Below, one piece after another: positions 43,261-57,185 of a stretch of 64,000 bases of DNA. Under the pieces are notes generated by a model that was not told the origin of the DNA, did no database searches, and saw only the letters and a list, made by a program, of their open reading frames with translations. The stretch comes from the human T2T-CHM13v2.0 reference genome, Homo sapiens: assembly GCA_009914755.4 (NCBI GenBank), contig CP068257.2:21792001-21856000 (forward strand), read 5' to 3'. A program made the position numbers and the translations under genes. Within the stretch, counting starts at the first letter, position 1. The number at the start of each line of letters is the position of its first letter.

Positions 43261-46200
43261 ATAGTGTCTCATATTAGGCACAAAAAATTAGCTTCTCTTT
43301 AAAATGCTAGTGATACAGAGTAGTTAGTCTAAAACTGTGATAAAATAGTCACAATACAACTGTGAAGGTATATTTCAAAATTTTTAAGATAAGCAATAGA
43401 AAGTTGAAATAAGCGGTATAAATTCTTAGTTGACAGAGTAAAAATAAAGAAACAAGAAAACACATCACACTCACACTTCCAATTCCATTTACCTTGCTTT
43501 ATTTTTGTGGCATATATAAACAATACAATTGTAAATGTAAAATATCTCCTAACTCCAAGTTTGTAATCATATAACTCTCTCAATATTAGCTGACAGGTTA
43601 AAGAGCAATTACTCTGAAATTATGAAGTATTTATGATAATAAGGGATAATTCATCTCACACAGAGAGTTGACCTTCTACAGAGCTCTATGGAAATCAGCT
43701 ATAAACAGTTGCTGAAGGTAACCCTGGCTGAAATTCCTTCAGCTATTGTGGCCATGAAAGTGGTGATTCTTTTCCAGCCATGAATGCTGATTAGGTAGAA
43801 GTAGGCTGGAAGCTAAGTTTCTACAACATCATGTTGCTTCCAAGACTTGGAGTACAACTCTTGATCACTGCAGCAGAGGCCATGTGTTTCTCCAATCACA
43901 CAGTTTGTAAAGTGCTTATAGTATGGATGTCCCTGTCATTGAGGCATTTACTTTATACCTGTATTCTGTCCCCAAAATGGCATTCTTAACAGAAAAACTG
44001 TACCCCTGCTACTACTTCTGTCTCAGTGGGAAAAAAATAACACTAATATGAGAACTACATAACGAAACTTAAGAGATTCATAATTAGGAAATCATTTGAA
44101 TCTTTAAAGAAACACCAGAAAACAAAAAAAAAAGTGAGCAAAATGTATAAAAAAAACAACATTAAATCATTTTGTTAAAAAGCACAAGAGTAACTTAGCT
44201 AGAGTATGTCATGGGCAAGAGACATGAGGCAAAAATTCATAAAAGAGAAAACAAAACAAATAATTTTTCATTTTTTCAAAAATAATAAAGCATAAAACAT
44301 TTTGTGTAGGAATAGTGAAACAAAGTATTTTAATAAACTAAAGAGGAATATCAAAAACATCATTATTAAATAATTTATTAAATAATAAATACATTCAAAT
44401 ATTTTTAAATAAATGTAAATTATCTGAGGAAATTAAATAAATAAGACAAAGGAATACACTATCTGAAATGTAATATCCACTAAGGAATGTTATTTGGTAA
44501 CAAAAATCTTTCTATTCAAAATAAAATAGTCTCAATGTCATAGAAAGTTTTGGCAAATAATGAAGAAATATATCTTATAAAAACTTTTTTTGATAATAGA
44601 GAGTATAAAAACAGGACAGAATAATCTGCTCATTTTATGAAGATAGTACAGTTCTGTAATATAGCCAACAATCAATATCACAGAAACACAAAACTAAATA
44701 CTAAATATCCTAGTAGACTATGAAAATAATAAAACATTATCAAGTATGATGGACGGGGAAACAAAATACAATGTAGGTTTTAAAGTTTTTTTATTTAGAA
44801 AGCAAAATAAAATAGGCTGCTAACAAAATATAATAATACAAGGCTAGTGAAAGCAGACTGTTCTCTATTACTATAACATTCAGCAGTAATTTTTTTAAAA
44901 GAAAGACATGATAAGGGACCTCAACGTTTCCATCTAAAATGGTTCTTTGGTAGATGGTACTATAGGACCATCCTAAGGTAGGCAACCTGGGGAAATCTGA
45001 GTGAACAGCAAAATTAAAATGAAAATAAGATAATTTTTGGATTATGTATACATATGAGAAAGCAAACTGCTTTTGGGGGGAACTTCTTGGAAACAATACA
45101 CCACCTTTTACTTCTATGAACTCCAATCAAGGCATATTAGGTCATAAATTATGTTATTTTAAAAATGTGTTTTTAGTTGGCATTACATTTCTTACTAGGG
45201 AATTACTTAGAGGTACAATCTACCGATTGATAACTCCAAGTAATCACCTTAATGTTGACTTAAAACTAAAGCATCCAGACACTCTACTGCAGAGATCACG
45301 CTCATTTCCCTTATTAACCAACAAGGAGAGACAGCCAACCCAAGAGACATGAGTAAAATAGTGTCAACAAAATACGTTTCTTTACATAAGATAAAGTACA
45401 TCCAAACCCACTAATATGATTAAAGGAGGAAAACTACATGACAGTTATAATCAACGTATGACTAATTAAATAACATATATAATCATAAAATAATAATTTT
45501 AAGACATAAAAACTAAGGTTTCAATAAGTTTCTTAAATTTTAAAAGGTATTTACCAAATACACTTTACAAAAACCAAAATAATAAAGCATTGACATTTTC
45601 AAAAATTAGTGAATATGTTCTATGAAGTTCAACATTTGATTTTAATTGGATGCTCTAAGAAAAGCAGCAGATAGAAAACAAAACAAAACTACAAATAAAA
45701 TGAGTTGAGCAGAAGAAATAAATCTACAGTTACGTCAATTTATTAGGTAATTTTAATTAGCTAGAAGTCCAAGAAAATCAATAAAATAGCAAACTAATAA
45801 AGATAATAGATTTCAGCCAGATTCTTGGCAAAATACCAATATTAAAAAATCAGCATTGTTTCCATATATCCGCAATAAACAATGGAACAACAAAATCACT
45901 AATATCAACAAAACTCATAATGTGCCTACTATCATACCAAGAACTGTTCATGAGTAATGTGAATATAACTTTTACAATTATGAATAGCCATAAGATAAGA
46001 TCTGAGCAAATATAAAATACCATATCCAAATATTAAGAGTCAATACCACAGTGGTAAATGTTCTCAAAATTAGCTAGTAACTTTAATACAATTCTAATAC
46101 ATTTTATTTAAGATAATATCTAGAATTTTTCATGTAACCCAAAAATATTATTCTAATATTTGTCTGACAGAGTAAAGAATAATGAGACTCATATAATTTT

Positions 46201-47750
46201 AAAAGGTAATAAAAAGTAGTAAATGAAAGGGTTATTATATTCCTTGATATCAGGCTTGTTACAGAGTAACCACAGATAGAAACAGTGTACATATATAGAG
46301 AAAGATAAATAGTTCAGTAGCTGAATTAGGAACTTGGCATTTGATAGAGCTTGATTTAAAATCTGTGGGGAAAATAGGCTTGTTTAGTAAGTAATGACCC
46401 TTAGAACTAATTATTATTGAAAAATAAAGAAAATTAGTTTTTGGTGGGGTGATGCCAACAAGATGATTGACTAGAAGCTTCTTGTGCTCTTCCTTCCCAT
46501 AAAACAAACAAAAAACAAATAAACAAACAAAAATGGATATAGCACATTTTGACCAAAATAACTCTGGGGGAGCTCCAGTCGATTTAAATATAAGATTATT
46601 TATGTAAGTCTTATAACTCCAAAACCAGACGAAAATAGCAGTTATACAAAGGACAAAGAAAAATTAATCAAAGCTTAGCACTACAAAAATTATTAAATCA
46701 CTATGATGGACAGCAGAAGAAAAAGGAATAAGGGAGCTGCAAAACAGCTAGAAAACAAATACAAAAAGGTAGTAGTAAACACTTTCTATATATAAAAACT
46801 TTGGATGTAAATAAAATAAATTCTCCCATCAAAGGATATAAAGTGGTTAAGTGGATTGAGAAAATAAATTAAAAATATTCTAGTATATGCTGCCTACAAG
46901 AGATCCACTAAGATTTAAGGATACACATACAATGAAAGCAACAAGATAGAAGAAGATAATCCACACAAATGGTAACCATAATAGAGTAAGCGTGGTTGGT
47001 TATACTTATATCTAATAAAATGTACTTCAAGTCAAAAATTGTCCAGGAAACAAATTGTTGTTGTTCAATGATAAAGTGGTTAATTCATCAAGAGGACACA
47101 CGAATTGTAAATATATATGCAATCAATATCGGAGCACCTAAATATATAAAGCAAATACTAATGACCACAAAGTGATTAATAGATAACAATACAAGTAGGA
47201 GACTCATATACCCTACTTTCAACAATGAATAAGCAACAAATAAATCAACCAGACAGAAAATTAACAAAATACTGGAATTGAATTTCACCTTTGATAAAAT
47301 GAATCTAACATAGCTTCTATCCAACAGCAGCAAATATATATTTTTCTCTAGCACACATGGAACCTTCTCCAGGATAGAACATATAGTAGGCCCAGGAAAA
47401 GTCTTAATAAGTTTAATAAAGTTGAAATCATATCTAGTATTATTTTAGACCATAATAATATGAAATTAGAACTCAGTTAAAAAAGAATCTTAGAAAATTC
47501 ACAAATATGTGGAAATTAAACATCATGCTTCTGAATAACCAATGGATAAAAGAGGAAAACAAAAGGATATTTTAAAAAAAGAGACAGCCAACAATAAAAA
47601 TACAAGATGTCAAAACTTATGGAATGCAACAAAAGCAATTCAAAGGGGAAGATTACAGAAAAATATTCTTACATTAAAAAAAAAGAACGATCTCTAAGAA
47701 ATAGCTTAATGTTTTGCCTCAACAAACTAGGAAAAAAAACCAAAGTACTT

Positions 47751-48052
47751 AAGCCCAGTGCAGTGGTTCACGCCTGTAATCCCAGTACTTTAGGAGGCTG
47801 AGGCATGTGGATCACTTGAGGTCAGGAGTTTGAGAGCAGTCTGGCCAACATAGAGAAACCCTGTCTCTACTAAAAATACCAAAAATTAGCCCGGCATGGT
47901 GGGTCATGCCTGTAATCCCAGCTACTCAGGAGGCTGAGGCACAAGAATCTCATGAACTCGAGAAGCAGAGGTTGCAGTGAGCCGAGATTATGCCACTGCA
48001 TTCCAGCATGAGTGACAGAGCGAGACTCCATCTCAAGGGAAAAAAAAAAAAA
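47751..48052 (+). mobile_element. Alu SINE nested in L1 ORF2
   Basis: Direct read: AGCCCAGTGCAGTGGTTCACGCCTGTAATCCCAGTACTTTAGGAGGCTGAGGCATGTGGATCACTTGAGGTCAGGAGTTTGAGAGCAGTCTGGCCAACATAGAGAAACCCTGTCTCTACTAAAAATACCAAAAATTAGCCCGGCATGGTGGGTCATGCCTGTAATCCCAGCTACTCAGGAGGCTGAGGCACAAGAATCTCATGAACTCGAGAAGCAGAGGTTGCAGTGAGCCGAGATTATGCCACTGCATTCCAGCATGAGTGACAGAGCGAGACTCCATCTCAAGGG plus A13. Confidence 0.9.
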
Positions 48053-48057
48053 TCCAT

Positions 48058-48610
48058 AAAACTAGCTGACCCTTAAACAACATGGAGGTTTGAAGTGCTG
48101 ACACCCTGCACAGGCAAAAATCCACATAAACCTTTTGACTCCCCCAAAACTTACCTTCTACTAGTCTACTGTTGACCAGAAGCCTTACTGATAATATAAA
48201 CAGTCAATTAGAATATATTTCACACTTTATGTAATTATATTCTGTATTCATACAATACACTAACCTAGAGAATGAAAATAGTATTAAGAGAATCAGAGGG
48301 AGAAAATACAGTTACTATGTATTATGTGGTAGTAAATCATCTTAACAAACTGCATCTGCACCATCTTCAGGTTGAGAAGGCTTAGGAGGAGGGGTGGTAT
48401 TTGATTTTATAAGCCTTATCTCCTTTTTTTAGACTAGCTAAGAGTTTGCCAATTTTGTTTATTGTATCAAAAAAATCTTAATTTTATTTATTTTTAATAA
48501 AAGAATAAGAATCTGTTATTTTCATTATTTTCTTACTCTTGCTAATTTTACATTTACAGTTGACCCTTGAACAACACAGATTTGAGCTATGTGGGTTCAC
48601 TTATATGTAA
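48058..48610. mobile_element. Tc1/mariner pogo-group (Tigger2-like) non-autonomous DNA transposon fragments
   Basis: A terminal-inverted-repeat-like end at 48063 reads CTGACCCTTAAACAACATGGAGGTTTGAAGTGCTGACACCC...AAAAATCCACATAAACCTTTTGACTCCCCCAAAACTTACCTTCTACTAGTCTACTGTTGACCAGAAGCCTTACTGATAATATAAACAGTCAATTAG...GGAGGAGGGG. A second terminal copy at 48553 reads CAGTTGACCCTTGAACAACACAGATTTGAGCTATGTGGGTTCACTTATATGTAAATT. The family assignment is from memory of the CAGTTGACCCTTGAACAACAC terminus and is moderately confident. Confidence 0.5.
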
Positions 48611-51346
48611 ATTATCTTTCAGCTCTGCCACTCCAGCATTCAGACAAGAAAAAAAAAAGCATCCACATTGGAAAGAAAAAAATGAAATTATCTTTATTTA
48701 CAGATGACATAATCCCATATTAAACCCCCCCCAAAGATTCCACAAAAAACTATGAGAGCTAATAAATGAATTCAGTAATACCGAAGGTCAAAAAATCAAC
48801 ATATGAAATTTAGTAGCATTTCAATGCAAATATTTTGACCTAATTAAAAAAATTAAAAATACCATCCCATTTACAACAGCATTAAAAAACAAATAAAATG
48901 ATAATAAGTAATAACTTTAACCAAGGTTGTTGAACTTGAATATATATACACTAAAAGCTACAAAACTTTGATAAAGGAAATTGAAGAGGACACAAATAAA
49001 TGGAATGGCATCTCATGCTCATGAATTGGAATAATTAATATTGTTGAAATGTCCATACTACTCAAAGCAACAAACAAATTCGATGAAATCTCTACCAAGA
49101 CCCCAATGGTATTATTCACAGAAATAGAAAAAAAAACAAAAAAAAGTACTAAAATTTGGATGGAACCATGAAAGATTCTAAATAGTAAAAAACATTCTGC
49201 AAAAGAAAAACAAAGTTGGAGGAAGCGCACTTTTAAATTTAAAATTATATTATAAATCTATAGTAATCTAAACAGTATACTACTGACATAAAGCAGGCAC
49301 ATACACCCAGGGAACAGAACAGAGAGCCCAGAAATAAATCCAAACTCATATGGTCAACTAATTTTTGACAAGGTTACAAACAAAACACATTGGGGAAAGG
49401 ATAGTCTCTTCAATAAATGGCGCTGGAAAAACTGAATTTGCACATGAAAAAAACAAAATTGGACCTTTATATCATGCACAAAAATCAACTAAAAATGAAT
49501 AAAAGACCAAACTTTAAGGCCAGAAACTCTAAAATTCCTAGATATGAATATTAGAGAAAGTTCTTGGCCATTGGCCTTGGCAATAATTTTTTAGTATGGT
49601 ATCAAAACCTCTAGCTACAAAACAAAAATAAATAAATAGTGCCACAGAAAACTACAAAGCTTCTGCACAGCACAGGAAAAAATCATCCCAATGAAACTGT
49701 GACCTATCAAGTAGGAAACAATATTTGCAAACCATATATCTAATAATGAGTTAATATCCAAGATTTATAAGAACTCATACAACACAATAGCAGAAAAATA
49801 AATAACCCAATTAAAAATGTGCAAAAGACCTGAATAGATATCTGCCCAAACAGTATATAAAAACGATCAACAAGTACATGAAATGGTCAACTTCAGTCAA
49901 CAAACGTAAGATCATTGAACGTGGATTTCAGACGAGACATGCGTAATAGACTCTCAGTATCCTTCAGGGGCAAGGTCCAGCATATCCACTCATTAATATG
50001 GACATAAATAAAATATTTATAAAATATATACCTAATTAAAATATTGATTTAGATCTATTGTATAAATATATTTATATTATTAAATCATAATATTAAATAT
50101 AAAAACAAATTGCAAAACTATATGCATGTTCTGAGGTGATTTATTAAAACATCAAAAATGCAAAAATATTTTATAGTGCTCATGTGTAGTATAAGTGTTT
50201 ATGAAAGGATACAAAGTGCTTTGTACAAAACCACATGTACCAACTTCATGACAGTTGTTGATTTGAGAGACTCATCAAGATAAATGGCAATTTGATTTGA
50301 TTTCAAAGGGGATTTAACTCTATATATAATGCTATAAATATTTTATTTCAGAAAAAGCCACATGTAAATATGACAGAGTAACAATAACTTGTTGCAGATT
50401 ACAGCTAATTAAGTAATTGCTTTTTGGTTTATTTGCACTATTTATTTGTTATATTCCTCAGGAAATAAATGACCCATATAATTGTAAACTTTAGTAGATT
50501 TCTGAAAATACTTTATGAATAGATTGTAATAAGATTCAAATATTAATTTTGTTCAGTTTTCCACAAATCTCATGATTATTAGGAAAAACTTTGCGTGTCT
50601 TGTTAAATTATATTAAATAATAAGACAAATATTCAATTTATTGAGTTTCCACGTTGAATGTGGAATTGATAACCTTTTTTAGTAAAAGTGGAAGGAATTA
50701 CCGGTACTTTGTTATTGAGATGGATCACTTCAGAAAATAATGGATTGAGGTGTTGCAAAATAACTTACACCTTTTGATTTAAAGATGTTATGGAGGAATT
50801 TGTTCTCTCAAGAACTGTGAAAGGGGCCCAATCTGATTTAAAAATAGTATGTAACTTTCTCATGCTTACAATACAGGCAAGAATTAAAAGAAAATAGCTA
50901 CTTTTAAAAATCATCAATTACTTTGTCATACTAATATGAAATTATTCTGATACCTAATTAAATGCTCTATGCCATATCAGTTTATCTGACAAGATAAATA
51001 TAAATATAAATGCATCTTTGATTGACGTGGGTGAGGAACCTGAGTACCACAGCTGGTTTCAAGACAGCAGATTGAAGAAATTATAGTGATAGACAGGAGC
51101 AAGAAACACAGAAGTGGGGGCTTTTCTGTAAGACCTGGAGCAAAAAAGATGTCATCAGTGTCTCACAACACCTGAAACAGTGACAAGAAGGTGAATATAC
51201 TTGCTTATTTCTTATCTCACCCTTTCTATTTGACCTCCCAGTAGGACCTCCCTAGGGCCAAATCTAATCAGATGTCTCCTGGATAGAGGAAAAAGACACA
51301 AAGCAGCATAGGAGAGAAAATGGAAAATATTAGAAAGCAAAACAAA

Positions 51347-51400
51347 ACAAAACAAAACAAAACAAAAAAAACAAAAAAAAACCAAAACACAAAAACAGAA
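51347..51400. repeat. (AAAAC)n / A-rich microsatellite
   Basis: Direct read: GCAAAACAAAACAAAACAAAACAAAACAAAAAAAACAAAAAAAAACCAAAACACAAAAAC. Confidence 0.85.
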
Positions 51401-54400
51401 ACACACACAAATGATTATTATAATAGAAGTAATAATACAAAGAATTAAAACCTAACATTTAGGAATAATGTTAGAACATTGAAAATAATAATTTAAAAAT
51501 TATGAAATACAATATTTAAAATAAAAAATATTTACAAAGAAAATTCGGGATGTCATCAATAACACTGGATACAAGCAGACAAGTAAACAGTAATGTTAAA
51601 ATGCTTAAAGGGAATTACCTTGAAGACAGAAATTCTTTTCCATTAAAACCATATTTAGGGCTTCTGCTTTTGTGTATGACCGACAAACATGCTGTAGTTG
51701 TCCTTACACCTTACACAAGAAATCTGAAAAACCTATGAATCAACTATTTTCAGATAGTTTTGGAGAGTGCTCTCTAAGAAGACTGAAACAAATGAGTTGA
51801 GTCCTAAGATTATCCTGGCTTTCAACCTAAAAGGACTTTCCAGGATGAAGAACAGTAAGGAGAAACCTAAAAAGTCTAATACACAGTCTCACTGAGGAGA
51901 AAGAGATGGGAATGAGGCTGAGATGGCTAGAACTTGTGGGACATAGTTCCAAAGAGAAGAGAAATATGCAGATAAGGAGATACAAGACTGTATAGGACAT
52001 TGAAGTTTTTGCAGAATGCTAAGCTGCACAAGCACGTGAGAACTCCATGAGGCTAGGCGATAACCACTTCTTGGGTGCTGTAGTGTATCTTTCCCCAGCA
52101 ATCATGTATGGTAGAGGAATATATTTGAGTTCCAGTAGGAGTGAACAGAGAGGACTTGGTAAACACCTAAGACATTCAGCAGATACTCCACAAGTATCCT
52201 GCTTTAACAGTAAAGGATAAAGTAGTCCTAGAGTAAAAGCTGTTCTAGACCTGCAAAGTAAAGCTTTGAAAAGAGGTCCGGAAAGGTCAATCTGATCTTC
52301 AAACAACTCAAGCACATGTCAGAAACAAAACAAAATAAAATAAAACAAAACATAAACCTTTCAAAAAAAGATAAAATCTAGTAGACATTCAAAAATACAG
52401 CAAGCAAACTAACTGACATCAAATAACAATTATTGTAAATGAAAAGAATAAGAAAAATGGTATCCTTAATAAACAGGAAAATCATTCCTTAGAAACAAAA
52501 CCAGAAATGATAGAAATGTTGTAGTTAGAACATAAGAACTTTAAAATAGCCATTATATACATGATAAGGGATTTAAATAAAAATATTAATGTAGTAGGAG
52601 AGACAAGGTAGCTATGAAAAGGAAGCAGGTGAAACTTCTTGAATTGAAAACAATCCTCAAGTAAAAATAACATTGGATTTTTTAATGTTTTTTAAATTTT
52701 TTAATTTATAATTTTTGTGGATGGATAAGACATACTATCTGATAGCACTACAGGGTGACTATAGTCAATAATAACTTAATTGCACATTTAAAAATAACTA
52801 AAAAAGTGTAATTGGATTGTTTGTAACATAAAGGATAAATGCTTGAGGGGAATGAAAACCCCATTCTCCATGATGTGATTATAACACATTGCATGTCTGT
52901 ATCAAAACATCTCATGTACTCCATAAATATATACAGTTAACATTGGATATTCTTAACAGCAGATTACACAAAGCAGAAGAAAAATCAACGAACTTATTAT
53001 AGAAACATATCAGACTCTAAACTACAAAGAAAAACTCACGCTGAACAATGGTGACTGAGAGACTCTTCTCCTGTTCATAAATGTTAAAATGTAGAAAACA
53101 AGTGTGTCTTACAGTTTATGAAAGAAGGTTAAATAGGGCCTGACTGTGAAAGATTTGAAAGCCTGGCTAACAAGTTAAGTTTGATTTGTGGATGGTTGCA
53201 ATTCTCTATTTCTGAGCAGGGGAGCAATGTGATCAGAGATGAGCTTTATGTATTGCAACATCCACCTTCTCCCAGGAATGGAAGAGTACAAAAGCCTGCC
53301 TGGCTGGGTTTGGGGAGCATATTGCTAAGGGAAACATAAACATGTCAATTTAAGTAATCTACATTAGTGTACCCAATTACTATTCAGGTATTTACTTATC
53401 CAAGAAATATTACCGGCAGCCACAAACCCATGCTAATAGTTCCCCACTGTAATATACACATCAGTACAAAGTGGAGGTAGTTTCAGAAAACAAATATTAA
53501 GGAGATCTTGAAACCATGATTTTCAAAGCTGGAGATTCATTATTTCATCGCATAGTGTGCTGTTCCAGGAGTTTGCTTGTATTCTCATCCCAGAGATTGA
53601 ATAATGAATACAATTATAGCAGTAGGGAATCTGACAAGACAATCAGAAACAAGCTGACAATTATGGATATTAGTTGAATACAGTGACGGTTATTTACCTA
53701 CATGAAATGAAAGGTGTATTTCTAAAATTGAGCTTATGCTTCAGAAAAACCTGGATGAATCATTTCATTTAGAATTTTCAGTTTGTTGAAAGAAAATAAG
53801 ACAATTCTACTGAATATATTGAGGACTTTAAGGTGATGAAAAGTCCTGGTTTCCTGGGAGATAATTCAGTTTTACACCTATTGTCTTGGTTTATGTATTA
53901 ATAACAGACTCTCACCATATCTGCCCCTGATGGATTTAGAAACCTTTGTTTAATTAATTCACACTGCCATGAAAAGACAGCTGAGTGTTTGTATTGCATT
54001 AATGCCCTTCAAAATAGAATGGGAAAGATGTTTAAAATGTAGTTTTCATTTGATGACTTCAAATTTCTCTTCATATTTCCTCAAGACGTATGTATGACAT
54101 AAGTTCCTTTTAATTGCTTTAGGTTCACTGAGGAAGTATAGGACTCTGGGGAATTCTCTGCAATATCTTTTGAAGAATTATAGAACCCCTGCTATATATA
54201 ATGCAGATATAATGCAGTTAAATGTGCTGAAGAGTGTGGACTTGGGAGCAAAGTCACCTGGGTTTGAACTCTGGTCCTGCCAAGTGCTACCCAAATGACC
54301 TTAGGCAGGTCACTTAAGTTCTGTGCCGCTGCAGTCATACAGTTAATATAAGGATTCAATGAGTAGTTATAAAGTTATTAGACAGTATATGGCACATTCT

Positions 54401-54588
54401 TGTTAGAATTATGTAACCGTCTACTGTTGTAGTATTTTCTATAGCAAATTAAGAAAAGGTTTTTTTAAAAAGACAATTTATAGTTATTTCCAACTCCAAG
54501 TATAAATTTTGCTGGGAGAAAAATGTGGATGGTGGTGGTTTGCATACACTCTGGAAAAAATGCATATTAAGTATAAAAATATTCCTTG

Positions 54589-54892
54589 TCTGGGCATAGC
54601 GGCTCATGCCTTTAATCTCAGCACTTTAGGACGCTCAGGTGGGAGGATTGTTTGACCCCAGAAGTTAGAGGCCAGCCTGGGCACCACAGGGAGAGCCAGT
54701 CTTTACAAAAACTTAAAAAAAAATGTTAGCCAGGCATGATGGCTCATACCTCTAGTCCCAGCTACTCGGGAGGCTGAGATGGAAGGTTTGCTTGAGCCCC
54801 TGAGGTTCAGGCTGCAGTGAGCCTAGGTCGTGTCACTGCACTCCAGCCTGAGTGACAGAGTACCACCTTGTCTCCAAAAAAAGAACAAAAAG
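54589..54892 (+). mobile_element. Old, diverged Alu SINE (AluJ-like)
   Basis: Direct read: GTCTGGGCATAGCGGCTCATGCCTTTAATCTCAGCACTTTAGGACGCTCAGGTGGGAGGATTGTTTGACCCCAGAAGTTAGAGGCCAGCCTGGGCACCACAGGGAGAGCCAGTCTTTACAAAAACTTAAAAAAAAATGTTAGCCAGGCATGATGGCTCATACCTCTAGTCCCAGCTACTCGGGAGGCTGAGATGGAAGGTTTGCTTGAGCCCCTGAGGTTCAGGCTGCAGTGAGCCTAGGTCGTGTCACTGCACTCCAGCCTGAGTGACAGAGTACCACCTTGTCTCC. Confidence 0.85.
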
Positions 54893-55190
54893 TTCCTTAC
54901 CCAGTGACTGTTAATTGATCTTTAACCATTTCCAGAACTAAAGACACAGTGAAAGGATTAAGATAATTTGTAGAAATGTGACACCCAGCACTGCCACACA
55001 GAGGAAATGCTACTTAAAAAAGTTGACCACAGGAAAAAATCAAGTGTTATTATATGAATTGTCATAAGGCTTTAAGCTAATAGCATAGTTTGGCTGATCC
55101 TATACCAATTCCAAAATCCTTCCTTAATGGGCCACACAATGGAATCTGAAAAAGCTAAAATACATCTCCTTCTCTTTTTTTGCCCTTTAG

Positions 55191-55240
55191 GTTTCGTGCA
55201 ACGGATACAAGCAATGAAATTTCAACAGAAATTTCCTGGG
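55191..55240 (+). other. Exon-like 50-nt segment with strong acceptor and plausible donor signals (cryptic or pseudo-exon candidate; speculative)
   Basis: The polypyrimidine tract and AG read TCTCCTTCTCTTTTTTTGCCCTTTAG. The segment is GTTTCGTGCAACGGATACAAGCAATGAAATTTCAACAGAAATTTCCTGGG and is followed by GTAGGATG. Two frames are open (F R A T D T S N E I S T E I S W, or F V Q R I Q A M K F Q Q K F P G). It contains two CpGs in otherwise CpG-poor DNA. Confidence 0.12.
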
Positions 55241-55648
55241 GTAGGATGCAGAGTTCTTAGGAAATCTTCTGTTTTCTTATAAAAGTAAGAGCCTGAAGTA
55301 GGTGATGATTCTTATCACATTTTACTGCTTTGAAATAGAAAATAAAGCCTGAAGATTCAGTGGGAAATTTTTCAACCATGAAATGATAGACAATCTGCTA
55401 AGTAAAATGATCACAAAAGAAAGGAGGAGACCGTATTGTTAAACCATTGAAGTCCTGGGCTGCTATCTCTTGATTTCTTGGTGTTTGAGGAAATAAATAC
55501 CTCTGTTAAATTCAGTTTATGTTTACTTTTTGTGTATGTTTTTGCCTTCAAACACATTTTTAAAGTATTCAAGAGTGTATGAGGGCTAAAGCTCTATGAA
55601 TCATCCTGAAATCTTAAGGTTTGCATTCATGAATATTATCTGAGGATG

Positions 55649-56320
<672 letters not shown>

Positions 56321-56869
56321 TGTAATACACCAAGGACTTTGTAGAAACTTTGGGGAGGAGTTTGCTACTGCTCCAAGCACTGTATAAAAAATTACAAGAA
56401 ATGCAAAGAAAGGAACAAAGCACAACTCTTTGAAGCAGACAGTACAAGATATTGTAAGTAGACTTAAAAAAGCTTCAAGAAATCATTGGTAAGAGTTGCT
56501 ACACTCCCAAACAACAGACCGTGTCAGAATAAATATATTTTAATTCTTAGATATGTCTTCTGTTATTTGTCATTGCAAATGTGAGAAACTCATAACAGAT
56601 GTGGACATCATACCATATTGTCTATATAAAATCAGAAGCAAAATGTGAGTAGACATGTAGATATGCTTGATTTTCACTAAAATATCATGAACAAACAATT
56701 TTATTTCAGTGAAACTTTCACTACCTATAGGTGCCAGAATCTTGAGTGGGACTCAAGTTAATTGTGCTGACTTTAACATTTTATTCAAATAAATTATTGA
56801 TACATTTAACAAAATAAAAGCAGTTTCAAATAAAATACAAAAAAAAATCAAGAGAAATTACACAGACAT

Positions 56870-57185
56870 AGATCTCTGGAGAGACATTCTAATTTTAGAT
56901 TAGAAGACTTAATAAAATAAAAATTCTATTTCTCTCCAAATATATATACAGATTCAATGCCATTCTCTCCTTGAAACCCCGGAAATTTTTTGTTTGGAAG
57001 TAGGGGTATGCATGAGCTCAGTGATAGCCAAAAAGCATTAAAGAATAAGAACACGGTAAGAGGGCATATTCTACTAAGTATTCTGACTTAATATAGAGAT
57101 AAATCAATTAAGAAAGTGTAAAATTTGTGGAAAGACAAACAGATAATGGAATAGAAGAAATAGTCCAGAAACACCAATAAACTCA
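56870..57185 (+). mobile_element. Old L1 ORF2 fragment (plus strand)
   Basis: CAAATATATATACAGATTCAATGCCATTCTCTCCTTGAAACCCCGGAAATTTTTTGTTTGGAAG parallels the L1 ORF2 segment CCCAAATTGATCTATAGATTCAACGCAATCCCAATCAAAATCCCAGCAGGCTTTTTCGTAGAAATTGAC. AAGACAAACAGATAATGGAATAGAAGAAATAGTCCAGAAACACCAATAAACTCAC parallels GGATAGACAAATAGACCAATGGAACAGAATAGAGAGTCCAGAAATAGACCCACACATATATG. Confidence 0.5.

Larger units (their letters stand above)
44050..49990 (+). mobile_element. Fragmented old L1 (L1M-class) on the plus strand
   Basis: About 46780-47745 is ORF2 endonuclease-domain homology: CAATGATAAAGTGGTTAATTCATCAAGAGGACACACGAATTGTAAATATATATGCAATCAATATCGGAGCACCTAAATATATAAAGCAAATACTAATGACCACAAAGTGATTAATAGATAACAATACAAGTAGGAGACTCATATACCCTACTTTCAACAATGAATAAGCAACAAATAAATCAACCAGACAGAAAATTAACAAAATACTGGAATTGAATTTCACC. 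About 48650-49990 is ORF2 RT and C-terminal homology: ACAGATGACATAATCCCATAT, AAGGAAATTGAAGAGGACACAAATAAATGGAATGGCATCTCATGCTCATGAATTGGAATAATTAATATTGTTGAAATGTCCATACTACTCAAAGCAACAAACAAATTCGATGAAATC...AATGGCGCTGGAAAAACTGAATTTGCACATGAAAAAAACAAAATTGGACC...TTTGCAAACCATATATCTAATAATGAGTTAATATCCAAGATTTATAAGAACTCATACAAC. About 1.5 kb of RT domain is missing at the Alu/DNA-transposon insertion point. 44050-46780 is A-rich, L1-like and less certain. Confidence 0.5.
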
